From NCBI GenBank assembly GCA_902772105.1, contig CACXZI010000002.1, positions 2,588-66,587 on the forward strand: a stretch of DNA of 64,000 nt, read 5' to 3'. The stretch comes from Oscillospiraceae bacterium (GTDB taxonomy: Bacteria; Bacillota; Clostridia; Oscillospirales; Ruminococcaceae). The translations under genes were made by a program, and so were the position numbers. How positions within the stretch are numbered: position 1 is the first letter of the stretch; each line of letters begins with the position of its first letter. The notes under the pieces were generated by a model that had not been told where the DNA came from, did no database searches, and saw nothing but the letters and a program-made list of their open reading frames with translations. Below, piece by piece: positions 1-10,560 of this stretch.

Positions 1-791
1 TAATTAGAAAAAACACTCCTAAAGATTTAGAGCTTGAATGTTTTGTTCATGGAGCTGTTTGCATGTCTTTTTCTGGACGATGTTTAATTTCTTCATATTT
101 AACGAATAGAGATGCTAACAGAGGGCAATGTGCTCAGCCTTGTAGATGGAAATATCATCTTGTTGAAGAAAAAAGGCCTGGAGAATATTTTCCAGTTATT
201 GAAGATGACAGGGGTAGTTATATTTTAAATTGCAAAGATTTGTGTTTAATAGATTATTTAGACAGGTTATATGATGCTGGAGTTTGTAGTTTTAAAATTG
301 AAGGAAGAGCAAAGTCTTCATACTATGTTAGTATAATCACAAACGCTTATAAAATGGCAACTAATATTTTAAAAGATGCAATTTCTAACAATAAGGAATA
401 TAAACTACCAAAAGAAATTAGAGATGAAATATATACAATAAGCCACAGACACTATCACACAGGGTTTTTGTTTGGAAAACCGCAAGATGGTCAATTTTTT
501 GAGAATGGGGGATATGTTAGATATTACAATGTTGTTGCGGTTGTTCTTGAATATTCACAAAATCAAATTTTTTGTAAACAGAAAAATAAATTTAGTGTTG
601 GGGAAGAAATAGAAATAATATCTCCTGGAGAAAAACCTATTTCTTTTAAAGTTGAGAAAATGTTTGATGAAAATAAAAATTTAATTTCTAACGTTCCTAA
701 TTCTGAAATGCTTTTTTATATTTCTTTTGATAGAGATGTTGAAATAAAACCTGGAAGTTTAATTAGAAAAAAAGTTAGCGTAAATTTATGA
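1..791 (+). CDS. Peptidase U32 family protein (collagenase-like), 5' end outside window
   Basis: Frame is open from nt 3 (IRKNTPKDLELECFVHGAVCMSFSGRC...), so the listed ATG at 63 is internal. The CFVHGA.C.S.SGRC and CAQPCRW motifs are typical of U32 peptidases. Confidence 0.8.
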   Translation, partial: IRKNTPKDLELECFVHGAVCMSFSGRCLISSYLTNRDANRGQCAQPCRWKYHLVEEKRPGEYFPVIEDDRGSYILNCKDLCLIDYLDRLYDAGVCSFKIEGRAKSSYYVSIITNAYKMATNILKDAISNNKEYKLPKEIRDEIYTISHRHYHTGFLFGKPQDGQFFENGGYVRYYNVVAVVLEYSQNQIFCKQKNKFSVGEEIEIISPGEKPISFKVEKMFDENKNLISNVPNSEMLFYISFDRDVEIKPGSLIRKKVSVNL

Positions 792-1050
792 AATATATTT
801 TAAAATAAATAACTTTTAGAATAGCGTTCAATCACATAATGTTTTATTATATTTTTTAAAGGTTAGATGTTTAATTTTAAAAAAATTTAAATTGAAATTA
901 ATAGTTCGATAAACAAAAGAGTTTTGATGAAATTTTTATTATAGTTTTTGCTATAGTGAAAGATCTATATTTTAAATTTGTGTGTATAAATAAAAAAACA
1001 TAAAACTAAAATTTTAGAAATAATTAATAAATGTAATATTAGTAAAAAAT

Positions 1051-2343
1051 TTAATTTTTAAATAATAATTTTGGATTAACATCTTTTAAAGATTTAAGAC
1101 TAATTTTGTTTTGGTTTTTTTCATCAGCAAAATAATGTTTTAAAATTTCTAAACAATTTTTCTTCTCAACAATTGCTTTAACTACAGCACCAACCTGACT
1201 TAATCCACAACCGTGCCCTGAACCTAAGCATTTAAAAATGATTTTAGTGTCTTTAATTTCTGTTTTAAATTGTGCAGAAGAAAGTTTAAAGTTTCTTCTA
1301 CAAAATTCTCCGCTTATTTCAACTCCAAATATTTTAATTTTTTCAACATAACCAAATCTATCATATGTGATATTTTCTATTATTTTTGTGTTATCTGTTG
1401 GCATTGTTGCATCTTTATAAAATTGTTTAACAGTATTAAATGCATTATTTATTTCTAATTCAAATGTTTTTTCTTCATTTTTTTGTAGATAGCTTAAAAG
1501 AACCCCAATCATGCTAGGGTTAACTTTAAGTTCGTTTGTGATAAATTCCTTTTTTTTATTTTCATCTTTTATGCTACTAATTTTATTAAATAAATCCTGT
1601 TCAGGACTTTTAACACCTGGAAAAGAATTTATATGATATTTTTTATCTCCTTTGTGGAAAACATCTTCGTTTGGTCGTGTACATCCACCAACACATGTGT
1701 CATAAAGTGTTTCACATATTTCATCACCATACAGTAAAACCTCTAATGAATCTATTGTTATGAGTTTTTCTAACTCTTTTTCTTTTTCTTCACCATATCT
1801 TTTTATTCTTTCATCTTTTGGTATGTATGTTTGAAATGAATTATTTAATGGAAAAACACCATTTAACCCACGATTTTTAATTGCATATGTTATGCATAAT
1901 GCTTTTTGTGCTTTTTTAGCTTCTTCCGGAGCGCTTGAACCTATTTCTGAAGCGACACAACCTCTAACATATTCCAAAAAACTCATTTTTTCTTCTTTGT
2001 TATTTTTTAAAACTTTTATGTTGAAATCTTTTTTTTCTTTTATGTTTTTTAAAATTTCTTCTTTTTCTTTTTCTTTTTCGTCTAAATTATTGTTGTTTTG
2101 TTTTTCGATATTATTTATATTATTATTTATATTTTGTTTATTGTCATTTTTACTTTCTAAAATTTTCGCAGTATTTTCTATTATGTTTTTATTTAATTTT
2201 GCATCTGTTTGTGCATTAATTTTAATTGGGTTTAAACAACCAATTGCTGGTGTTAACGTAAAAAATAGAGCAATAGATATGTATTTTATAATTTTATTTC
2301 TATCACAAAAATTACGACGAAAATTATTTCTTTTTAAAATCAT
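1051..2343 (-). CDS. spoIID: SpoIID/LytB-domain protein (stage II sporulation protein D-like lytic transglycosylase) with N-terminal membrane anchor and N/K/E-rich low-complexity linker
   Basis: SFLEYVRGCVASEI (the EYV.GVVASE catalytic-Glu motif of SpoIID) and GSGHGCGLSQVGA (the GHG.G.SQ.GA motif). GAAAGG abuts the first ATG (2352), so the ATG at 2343 (9 nt spacing) is the likelier start. Confidence 0.75.
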   Translation of the reverse strand: MILKRNNFRRNFCDRNKIIKYISIALFFTLTPAIGCLNPIKINAQTDAKLNKNIIENTAKILESKNDNKQNINNNINNIEKQNNNNLDEKEKEKEEILKNIKEKKDFNIKVLKNNKEEKMSFLEYVRGCVASEIGSSAPEEAKKAQKALCITYAIKNRGLNGVFPLNNSFQTYIPKDERIKRYGEEKEKELEKLITIDSLEVLLYGDEICETLYDTCVGGCTRPNEDVFHKGDKKYHINSFPGVKSPEQDLFNKISSIKDENKKKEFITNELKVNPSMIGVLLSYLQKNEEKTFELEINNAFNTVKQFYKDATMPTDNTKIIENITYDRFGYVEKIKIFGVEISGEFCRRNFKLSSAQFKTEIKDTKIIFKCLGSGHGCGLSQVGAVVKAIVEKKNCLEILKHYFADEKNQNKISLKSLKDVNPKLLFKN

Positions 2344-2529
2344 AATATTCATCCTTTCAAAATTATATATTTTTAAATTGACATAGAATTTTATTTATTG
2401 TAAAATTGATAGTTGTTAATTAATTTTATAATTTTTGTATACTGTGCTTTTAATTTTAATACATTATAACATAAATATTAAAAAACACAACAAAAAATTG
2501 GAAAAAAATTTAAAAGGCAGGGTTAATTT

Positions 2530-3903
2530 ATGTTTTCTAAAACTAAAAAATATAGTGCAGAAAAAAAAGAAGCGGTAGATATTTTAACAAAAGAGTTTAT
2601 TAAAAATAATTATATAGATCAAAATTCTTTTTCTAAATATAATGTTAAAAGAGGGCTTAGAAATGCTGATGGCACAGGGGTTTTGGCAGGTCTTACTTTA
2701 ATTTGTAATGTTCATGGATATGTTATAGATGAAGGGGAAAAAAAAGCAGAAGACGGCAAATTAATATATAGAAATTATAAAATAAATGATATTGTAAATG
2801 ATTGTGTTGAAAACAAAAGATTTGGTTTTGAAGAAGTTATATATCTTTTATTGTTTGGAACTTTGCCTAAGAAAGAAGAAATTAAATATTTTAAAAATGT
2901 TTTGGCTATGTATAGAGAGCTTCCTGAAGGTTTTGTTGAAGATGTTATTTTAAAAAGGCCTTCTAAAAATATAATGAATAAGATGCAGTCTGCACTTTTG
3001 GCTCTTTACACCTATGATGAATTTGCAGATGTCACCACAATAGATCAGGAATTAAGAAAGGCAATAGAAATAATTGCAAAAATGTCTAATATAATGATTT
3101 GTGCCTATCAAGCTAGATGTAAAGCTTTTGACAAAGGAAGTTTAATTCTTCATTCTCTAAATCCAGAAGAAAACATAGCGCAAAGTATTTTGTCTACTTT
3201 AAGGTTAGATAGAAAATATAGCTTTGAAGAAGCAAGTTTATTAGATGTTTTGTTGATGCTTCATGCAGAACACGGTGGAGGAAATAACTCAACTTTCACT
3301 TGTAGATGTTTAACTTCAACAGGAACTGATGCATATTCGGCTTATGCTGGGGCTATTGGGTCTTTAAAAGGGCCAAAGCATGGTGGAGCGAACATTAAAG
3401 TTAGATATATGTTAGAGGATATTGAAGAAAATGTTAAAGATTGGAATGACCTTGATGAGATAGGAAGTTACCTTAAAAAAATTCTAGAAAAAAAAGTAGG
3501 AGATAAAAGTGGATTAATTTATGGTATGGGGCATGCGGTATACACAAAGTCTGACCCTAGAGCTTTAATTTTAAAGGAAGAAGCAAGAAGACTTGCAAAA
3601 GGAACAAAATATGAAAAAGAACTAAACCTAATAGAAAATGTTGAAAATGTTACTTCTTTGATGTTTTTAAATGGTAATTCTAGTAAAAAGATTATTTCTG
3701 CTAATGTTGATATGTATTCTGGGTTTGTTTATAATATGTTGGGGATACCACCTGAATTATATACACCACTTTTTGCAACTTCAAGAATCGCGGGGTGGGC
3801 AGCGCATAGAATGGAAGAAATATTAACAGCAAAGCGAATTATTCGTCCTGCATATAAACCAATAAATAAAGAATTAAAATATATTTCCTTAAAGGATAGA
3901 TGA
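2530..3903 (+). CDS. Citrate synthase
   Basis: 457 aa. Has LHAEHGGGNNSTF, GPKHGGAN and GMGHAVYTKSDPRA, the conserved citrate synthase active-site segments. Confidence 0.85.
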   Translation: MFSKTKKYSAEKKEAVDILTKEFIKNNYIDQNSFSKYNVKRGLRNADGTGVLAGLTLICNVHGYVIDEGEKKAEDGKLIYRNYKINDIVNDCVENKRFGFEEVIYLLLFGTLPKKEEIKYFKNVLAMYRELPEGFVEDVILKRPSKNIMNKMQSALLALYTYDEFADVTTIDQELRKAIEIIAKMSNIMICAYQARCKAFDKGSLILHSLNPEENIAQSILSTLRLDRKYSFEEASLLDVLLMLHAEHGGGNNSTFTCRCLTSTGTDAYSAYAGAIGSLKGPKHGGANIKVRYMLEDIEENVKDWNDLDEIGSYLKKILEKKVGDKSGLIYGMGHAVYTKSDPRALILKEEARRLAKGTKYEKELNLIENVENVTSLMFLNGNSSKKIISANVDMYSGFVYNMLGIPPELYTPLFATSRIAGWAAHRMEEILTAKRIIRPAYKPINKELKYISLKDR

Positions 3904-3929
3904 ATAAAAAATAGAAAGGATTAAATATT

Positions 3930-4856
3930 ATGAAAAAAGTTTTTAACACCTTAAATTTAACATTTTTAACATTGTTTACAGTTTTAATAACTATTTTTCG
4001 GTTTATTCAGCTAAAATTCTTAACAGATTTTGAGACAGCTTGTGATAATTTTAAAACATATAATTTGTTTGGAATTGATTTTAGTTCACAAATTTTAAGT
4101 TATTTTATATATTCAATTATTATTATTTATGTTATATTTTTAATTTCTTTTATGTTATTAAAAAAAGATGATAAATTTGTTCTTTTCTATGATATCAAAA
4201 ATAAGTCGAACAATATGATAAATTTAATTTTAATTTTATTTGCTGCTTTAATGATTTTTTGTTCGGTTTTATATATTAAAGATTTAGGTAATATTAAAAC
4301 TAAAAATAGTTCTACCGTTATTTTTTCTTTTATTTCTTTGATTTTGTTTGCTATTTATTTTGTTTATTTGGCATATTGTTTTTTCTCTAATAAATTTGAT
4401 AAAAAAAGTTATTTAAATATTATTTTAATTTTCCCTGTTTTTTGGGGAGTAGTACGAATGTTTGGGGTTATTTTTTTAACATGTTTTTCTCTTTTAACGG
4501 TTAGGGAATTTTTGTTTAATAACTTTAAAATTGCATTTTTCACCATGTTTTTGTTTTGTTTAGGGAAGGTTTTCATAGCGGCTAATTCTAAAAGCAACGA
4601 AAGAAGTTTAGTTTTGTTTGGGAATTTATCACTTCTTTTTGGGCTTAATAGTTTAGTTCCAAGAATTGTTGTTTATTTTACAAGTTTAAATAATCCTGCA
4701 GCATCTTTAAATAAAACATATGACTATAATATTAATGTTTTTAGAGGAACAAATTTCATAATTTTAGATTCTGTTGTTTTATTATTTATTGCTTTAATTT
4801 TGTTTAGGTATATGTTTATTTGGAAAAAAGAAATAAAAAATTTAAAAGTTGACTAA
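3930..4856 (+). CDS. Multi-pass integral membrane protein, function unknown
   Basis: 308 aa with about 8 hydrophobic segments, RBS GAAAGGA upstream, and no motif I recognise. Confidence 0.6.
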   Translation: MKKVFNTLNLTFLTLFTVLITIFRFIQLKFLTDFETACDNFKTYNLFGIDFSSQILSYFIYSIIIIYVIFLISFMLLKKDDKFVLFYDIKNKSNNMINLILILFAALMIFCSVLYIKDLGNIKTKNSSTVIFSFISLILFAIYFVYLAYCFFSNKFDKKSYLNIILIFPVFWGVVRMFGVIFLTCFSLLTVREFLFNNFKIAFFTMFLFCLGKVFIAANSKSNERSLVLFGNLSLLFGLNSLVPRIVVYFTSLNNPAASLNKTYDYNINVFRGTNFIILDSVVLLFIALILFRYMFIWKKEIKNLKVD

Positions 4857-4943
4857 AAATTTAAATTAATATTAATAAAATTAAAAGAACAAGCATAAAA
4901 TTGTACAAAACATAGGTTCATATAAAAATTTAAGAGGTGGAAT

Positions 4944-6203
4944 ATGAAATTTAAAAAAATTGTTAGTTATTTTTTATTGTTTGTTTTTTTTATTACAAAT
5001 AGTTTTCCAATTATTGCACTAGATAGTTCTGTTGATGGTGAATTAGAAAGAAATGTTAGTGAAGATTCAAAAGAAGAAAAAGCACCTGTAGATATTTTAT
5101 CAGCAAAAGCATGTATTTTAACAAACTATGAAACAGGCCAGGTTTTATATGAAAAAGATGCTGACGAACATCTTAAAATTGCATCAATAACTAAAATAAT
5201 GACTTCTTTGTTGGTTGTTGAAGCAATAAAAGATGGAAAAATAAGTTTAAATGATATGGTTGTTGCAAGTAAAAATGCAAAACCTGCTCAAAATGAATCT
5301 TCAATTTGGTTGGCAGATGGTGAAAAAATGAGCGTTAGAAATCTTTTAAAATCTGTTTTGGTTCATTCTGCTAATGATGCTGCTAGAACTTTGGCTGAAT
5401 TTATAGCTGGAAGTGAAGAAAGTTTTGTTGAGATGATGAATAAAAAAGCTACAGAGTTGGGTATGAAAAACACCAAATTTACCAATGCATCTGGTTTGGA
5501 TGATGATGAGAACTATTGTTCTGCTAGAGATGTTTCTATTATGGCAAGAGAACTTTTAAAGTGTAATTGGATTACAAATTACACAAAAATTGAAAAAGAT
5601 AAATTAAGAGATGGAAAAACAGATTTAACAAATAGAAATAAATTGATAATAACATATAAAGGATGCAATGGTTTAAAAACTGGAACCGACGAAATAGCAA
5701 AAAATTGTTTGTGTGCAACTGCTGTTAGAAATAAAATTCATCTTTGTGCTGTTGCTTTGGGTTGTGATACTTCTGATGATAGATGGAAGAGCTGCACAAA
5801 TCTTTTAGATTATGGATTTAATAGTTTTCAACCAATTAAAGCAAATAAAAAAGAAATTGAAGAAGAAAAAGTTAATGTTAAAACCGGAAAAAAAGAATTT
5901 GTTTCTTGTAGATTAAAAGATGAAAATAAAACCTATCTGGTTAAAAAAACAGAATATGGTAAAATTAAAAAGAAAATAAAATTAGACGATTTAGTTGAAG
6001 CTCCTGTTGAAGAGGGTAGGGTTATTGGAAAGATAAATTATTATATTGATGAAGATGGAAAAAATAAAAATAAAAAAAGTCAAAAAATTATTGCAACTCA
6101 AGATATAGTTGCTGATGAAGGAGTTGAAAGATTAAGCTTTTTATATGTAAATGGACAGTTGTGGAAAAACTTTTTATGGGGTGAGAAATTTTTCAAATCA
6201 TAA
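4944..6203 (+). CDS. Serine-type D-Ala-D-Ala carboxypeptidase (PBP5/S11 family, DacB/DacF-like)
   Basis: Signal peptide, then SITKIMT (SxxK), HSANDAA (SxN) and KTGT motifs at the expected spacing, followed by a PBP5 C-terminal-like extension. Confidence 0.85.
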   Translation: MKFKKIVSYFLLFVFFITNSFPIIALDSSVDGELERNVSEDSKEEKAPVDILSAKACILTNYETGQVLYEKDADEHLKIASITKIMTSLLVVEAIKDGKISLNDMVVASKNAKPAQNESSIWLADGEKMSVRNLLKSVLVHSANDAARTLAEFIAGSEESFVEMMNKKATELGMKNTKFTNASGLDDDENYCSARDVSIMARELLKCNWITNYTKIEKDKLRDGKTDLTNRNKLIITYKGCNGLKTGTDEIAKNCLCATAVRNKIHLCAVALGCDTSDDRWKSCTNLLDYGFNSFQPIKANKKEIEEEKVNVKTGKKEFVSCRLKDENKTYLVKKTEYGKIKKKIKLDDLVEAPVEEGRVIGKINYYIDEDGKNKNKKSQKIIATQDIVADEGVERLSFLYVNGQLWKNFLWGEKFFKS

Positions 6204-6322
6204 TTTTAAAATAGTTTAAAAATTTGCGACATAATTTTAAAAATAGATTGAAAAAAAAATAAAACTGTGCTAAAATAATCCTATAAACTGTTAATTTTAT
6301 TAATTTTAGAAGGGGTTTTAAT

Positions 6323-7657
6323 ATGTCGCTACAATTGAATGATTTTTATGTTAAAAAATTTGTGAAAGAAAATGAATTAGTTGAAATTAGTTCTTTAGTT
6401 GAAACGGCTCATAATTTAATCGAAAATAAAAATGGTGCAGGAAGTGATTTTTTAGGTTGGGTTAATCTTCCAAGTGATTATGATAAAGAAGAGTTTTTAA
6501 GAATTAAAAAAGCTGCTGAAAGAATAAAAAATAACTCAGATGTTTTTGTTGTTATTGGAATTGGTGGATCTTACCTTGGTGCTAGAGCAGTGATAGAAGC
6601 TTTAAATTCCCCATTGCACAATTTTTTGAAGGAAGATGTTCCTAAAATTTTCTTTGTTGGAAATAATATTAGCGCAACACATTTAAATGAAGTTATTAAA
6701 TTATGTGAAGATAAAGATTTTAGTGTTAATGTTATATCTAAATCTGGAACTACAACAGAGCCAGCGGTTGCATTTAGAGTTTTTAAAGAACTTTTAGAAA
6801 AGAAATATGGAAAAGAAGAAGCAAAATCGAGGATTTTTTGCACAACAGATAGAGAAAAAGGAAAATTAAAAAGTTTGGCTGTTGAAAATGGATATGAGCA
6901 ATTTGTTGTTCCTGATGATGTTGGGGGAAGGTTTTCGGTTTTAACTGCTGTTGGTTTGCTTCCTATTGCTGTTTCTGGAATTAATATAGATAGATTAATG
7001 GAAGGAGCTTTAAAGGCTTCATCTGACTTTAAGGTTTGTGATATTGAAAAAAACATTTGTTATAAATATGCTGCAATTAGAAACATTTTATATAGAAAAG
7101 GGAAATTGGTTGAAATGCTTGTTTCTTTTGAGCCGCATCTTTTAGTTTTTAATGAATGGTTTAAACAGCTTTTTGGAGAAAGTGAAGGAAAAGATGAAAA
7201 AGGAATTTTTCCGGCTTCTGCAATATTTTCAACAGATTTGCATTCTCTTGGGCAATATATTCAGGATGGATATAAAATGTTGTTTGAAACGGTTATTAAT
7301 GTTAAAAAACCAAAAGAAGATTTTTATATAAATCCTGTTGAAGGAGATTTTGACGGACTTAATTATTTAGCAGATCAAAATATGAGCGAAGTAACTCAAA
7401 AGGTTTTAAAAGCGACAGTTATAGCTCACACAAATGGAAATGTTCCTAATATTGTTTTGGAAATTGAAAAATTAGATGAGTTTGAACTTGGATATTTAAT
7501 ATATTTTTTTGAAAAGGCTTGTGCTATGTCGGGATATATGTTGGGGGTTAATCCGTTTAATCAACCAGGAGTTGAAAGCTATAAAAGAAATATGTTTGCT
7601 CTTTTAGGAAAGCCAGGTTTTGAGGAGTTAAGAAAACAACTTTCAGAAGAAAAATAA
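6323..7657 (+). CDS. pgi: Glucose-6-phosphate isomerase
   Basis: 444 aa Firmicute-type PGI with [27 protein letters not shown] and ESEGK motifs. Confidence 0.9.
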   Translation: MSLQLNDFYVKKFVKENELVEISSLVETAHNLIENKNGAGSDFLGWVNLPSDYDKEEFLRIKKAAERIKNNSDVFVVIGIGGSYLGARAVIEALNSPLHNFLKEDVPKIFFVGNNISATHLNEVIKLCEDKDFSVNVISKSGTTTEPAVAFRVFKELLEKKYGKEEAKSRIFCTTDREKGKLKSLAVENGYEQFVVPDDVGGRFSVLTAVGLLPIAVSGINIDRLMEGALKASSDFKVCDIEKNICYKYAAIRNILYRKGKLVEMLVSFEPHLLVFNEWFKQLFGESEGKDEKGIFPASAIFSTDLHSLGQYIQDGYKMLFETVINVKKPKEDFYINPVEGDFDGLNYLADQNMSEVTQKVLKATVIAHTNGNVPNIVLEIEKLDEFELGYLIYFFEKACAMSGYMLGVNPFNQPGVESYKRNMFALLGKPGFEELRKQLSEEK

Positions 7658-7694
7658 AAAAGTTTTTGTAATTTTTAGTATATATTTTTTAATA

Positions 7695-7738
7695 AGCTAT
7701 ACCAAATTTAAAAATTGGTGTAGCTTTAATTTTATTTA
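7695..7738 (+). terminator. Rho-independent terminator after pgi
   Basis: 11-bp stem aagctatacca / tggtgtagctt (one G-U pair), 11-nt loop, then a T-rich tail taattttattt. Confidence 0.5.
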
Positions 7739-7931
7739 AAAAATATCAAATTTTTTAAGTGTTCACAACATTTAATTATTTTAAAAACTGAATTTGAAGT
7801 TAATGGAAATAATTTCAAATATATAAAGAATATAAAAGTTTATTATTTTGTCTATTATTAAAAAATGTAATTGATATGAAATATTAGGTTTTTTGTTATA
7901 AAAATTTTTCTAATTTTTCAATAAAAATATA

Positions 7932-7960
7932 TTGAAATCATTTTTGTTTATATGTATAAT
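7932..7960 (+). promoter_or_regulatory. Sigma-A-type promoter upstream of the first K-rich paralog
   Basis: TTGAAA, 17 nt, TATAAT, about 140 nt upstream of the GTG start at 8100. Confidence 0.45.
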
Positions 7961-8099
7961 ATATGTGATGTTTTCGCCAAAATAAAATAATAATTTTTTA
8001 CATAATATATAAAAACCTTATTTTTTAAATGTTAATTATGAAAATAATAAAAGGAATTTTTTGAAATAAATTGTAATATTTTAGAAGGAGTTGTTTAAA

Positions 8100-9470
8100 G
8101 TGAAAAACAAAAAGATGTTTAAAATATTGGTTGGTGCTTTTTTTATATTAGGGTTGAATGTTTCCGCTTTTGCAGAAAATATTAATTTAGTTGAAGATTC
8201 TAGCAAAAATATAGAAAAAAAGCGATGGTCAAATAAGGAAGAATTTGCTTTATATAATTTTTTGTATGAAGATAGGGTGGTTATTAATGTTAAAAAATTT
8301 CCTGATGCTAATGTTGCGGTTGGAAAATATAAAATTGCAGTTAAAAATGGTAGTTTAAATTTGTTAAAAAAATATAGGAACATTGTGGACTATTTAAAAA
8401 TAAATAATATAAATAGTTTAGAAAAAATAACAGAACCAAATCATTTTAAGCAAATATTAGAAATAATTTTAAAAAATTATAAATCGGACGAAGAAAAATT
8501 AAATTTAAGGTCAAAAAATTTTGAAAGACATGCAAATAGTGAAGAATTTAAAAAAGAACAAAAAAATTTGCAGTTAAAAATAAAATATGTGAATGAAATT
8601 TTAAATGATGAAAAAAATTTTGATAAAACAAGACAAAATTATTTGAAATATGTTAAAGAGGCAGATATAATTGAAAAAACTGATTTTGAAAAAGAGTTAA
8701 ATGAAATATTATCAAATAATAATGTTAAAATGAATAATAATATGAAAATTTTAGAAATTGAACAAGGTCAAGACCAAGAATTAACTTTTTATAGGTTTTT
8801 GTCTACTGACATAATGGACATTAATGTTAGAAGATTTTCTGAAGATGCTAATGTTGCAGTTGAAAGGCATAAAACCATTGTTAGAAATGGTGTTTTAAAA
8901 TTTTTAACAACATATAAAGATGTTATGAACTATTTTAAAATGAATAATATAAATAACCTAGAAAAAATAGTAGAACAGGGGCATTTTAAACAAATATTAG
9001 AATTAATTTTAAATAATTATAAGTTAGATAAAGAAAAATTAAATGCAGAATTAGAAAATTTAAAAAAAGATGTTATAACAGATGAAATTAAATTAGAATA
9101 TAAACAAGAAAAACAAAAACGAATAGATGATTTAAAAATTATGTTGAATATTCCTTTAAAAAATGATGGAAAAGAGGATATAGAAAAAGAAAAATTAAGA
9201 ATAGAAAATTTAAAAAAAGAAAAAGAAAATTTAGAAAATAATTTAGAAAATTTTGGAGGAGATATTTTTAAAGAATATTTAAATAGAAAAAAAATTTCGT
9301 TAGAAAGTGAATTAAGTTATTTGTCGGTAAATATAAAACATTTAGATGAAATTTTAAATAACACGACATATTTTGAAAGAGCAAGACAAAATTATTTAAC
9401 ATATGTTAAAGAAGCTGATAGAATTGACAAAACTGATTTTGAAAAAGAGTTAAATGAAACATTAAAATAA
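8100..9470 (+). CDS. Secreted lysine-rich protein, paralog family member P1 (two tandem modules)
   Basis: AAGGAG RBS at 8085-8090. The GTG at 8100 gives MKNKKMFKILVGAFF..., matching the N-termini of P2 and P4, whereas the listed TTG at 8091 abuts the RBS. Signal peptide ends VSAFA|EN. No known domain recognised. Confidence 0.8.
   Translation: MKNKKMFKILVGAFFILGLNVSAFAENINLVEDSSKNIEKKRWSNKEEFALYNFLYEDRVVINVKKFPDANVAVGKYKIAVKNGSLNLLKKYRNIVDYLKINNINSLEKITEPNHFKQILEIILKNYKSDEEKLNLRSKNFERHANSEEFKKEQKNLQLKIKYVNEILNDEKNFDKTRQNYLKYVKEADIIEKTDFEKELNEILSNNNVKMNNNMKILEIEQGQDQELTFYRFLSTDIMDINVRRFSEDANVAVERHKTIVRNGVLKFLTTYKDVMNYFKMNNINNLEKIVEQGHFKQILELILNNYKLDKEKLNAELENLKKDVITDEIKLEYKQEKQKRIDDLKIMLNIPLKNDGKEDIEKEKLRIENLKKEKENLENNLENFGGDIFKEYLNRKKISLESELSYLSVNIKHLDEILNNTTYFERARQNYLTYVKEADRIDKTDFEKELNETLK
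8238..8711 (+). repeat. Intragenic module A of P1
   Basis: Contains FPDANVAVGKYKIAVKNGSLNLLKKY...YLKINNINSLEKITEPNHFKQILEIILKNYK...RQNYLKYVKEADIIEKTDFEKELNEIL. It is repeated 540 nt downstream. Confidence 0.85.
8778..9467 (+). repeat. Intragenic module B of P1 (with a ~100-aa K/E coiled-coil insertion relative to A)
   Basis: Contains FSEDANVAVERHKTIVRNGVLKFLTTY...YFKMNNINNLEKIVEQGHFKQILELILNNYK...RQNYLTYVKEADRIDKTDFEKELNETL. DNA patches are about 85-90% identical to module A by eye. Confidence 0.85.
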
Positions 9471-9511
9471 AATTTTTATAATTAGTAGATTTAAGTGGGA
9501 GATTATTTGAG

Positions 9512-10423
9512 ATGAAAAACAAAAGAATGTTAAAAATATTGGTGGGAATTTTTTTAACAATGAGTTTTGCTGTTCCTGTTTTTGCTAGAAAAAAAGTTAC
9601 ATTTCCTACAAAAAAAGTGGTGTTAAAAGAAAAAGATAGAACATCTATTTTTAGTTATTTATTTAGAAATAAAAATGAAATAGATTTGGGTTATGTTAAT
9701 ACAAGAAGGTTTCCAGGAGGAAAAAAAGATAAAATCGCACTTATAAGAGCAAAACAAATGTTTAAGAATTCTATTTTAAACATGTATAAAGAATATCCAA
9801 AATTTGTGAAATATTTTAAAATGAATAATATAAATTCATTAAAAGAAGTAACAGACAAAAAACATTTTAGTCCAATATTTAAGCTAATTTTAGAATATAA
9901 AGAAAAGCAAAAACAAAAAATCAAATCAAATTCAAATAGTTGGTTTAAACATATTAAAAGTGAAGGATTTAAAAATGAATATGAAGAAAAAATAAAAAGA
10001 GAATTAGGTAATTTAAAGGCATGTTTAAAATTTAGTTCAAAAAATCCAGGTAAACAAGATAAAAAAACAAAAGAAGCAGAAATGAAATTAATAGAAAAAA
10101 TAAATAAAGTAAAAGAAGATCTAAAAAATTTAAAAAAATCTAAATATTTACAAAATCCTAAATTTGAAGAATATGCTAAAAATCAAAAAGAGTCTTTAAA
10201 AGGGAAATTAGAAATGTTAAATTTAGAAATAACTCATATTAAACAAATTTTGAGTGATAAAGAAATTCTTGAAATATCGAGAATAAATTTTGCAAAGTAT
10301 GTTAAAGAAGCAGATAGAGATGAAGGATCAAATTTTGATGAAGATATTAAAAAAATTATTAAAGGTGAAAAAGTTTTGAGAGTTGCATCGAAAAAATCTG
10401 AAGAAAAAATAAAAAAAATATGA
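9512..10423 (+). CDS. Secreted lysine-rich protein, paralog family member P2
   Basis: N-terminus MKNKRMLKILVGIFLTMSFAVPVFA|R. Shares YFKMNNINSLKEVTDKKHFSPIFKLILEYK and NFAKYVKEADRDEGSNFDEDIKKII with the P1 modules. GGGAG RBS. Confidence 0.8.
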   Translation: MKNKRMLKILVGIFLTMSFAVPVFARKKVTFPTKKVVLKEKDRTSIFSYLFRNKNEIDLGYVNTRRFPGGKKDKIALIRAKQMFKNSILNMYKEYPKFVKYFKMNNINSLKEVTDKKHFSPIFKLILEYKEKQKQKIKSNSNSWFKHIKSEGFKNEYEEKIKRELGNLKACLKFSSKNPGKQDKKTKEAEMKLIEKINKVKEDLKNLKKSKYLQNPKFEEYAKNQKESLKGKLEMLNLEITHIKQILSDKEILEISRINFAKYVKEADRDEGSNFDEDIKKIIKGEKVLRVASKKSEEKIKKI

Positions 10424-10505
10424 TAGTAAAGAAAATATTTTTAAAATTAATGGTTTAGCGAAAAAAATTTGATTAAAAATTAAAGTTCATCTTAAACATG
10501 ATTAT

Positions 10506-10534
10506 TTGACAAAATTTGATTTTTAGTGTATAAT
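10506..10534 (+). promoter_or_regulatory. Consensus sigma-A promoter upstream of P3
   Basis: Perfect TTGACA, 17 nt, TATAAT, with TG just upstream of the -10. It lies 27 nt upstream of the ATG at 10561. Confidence 0.6.
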
Positions 10535-10560
10535 GATGAGAGATTGGTTAAGGAGAAATT

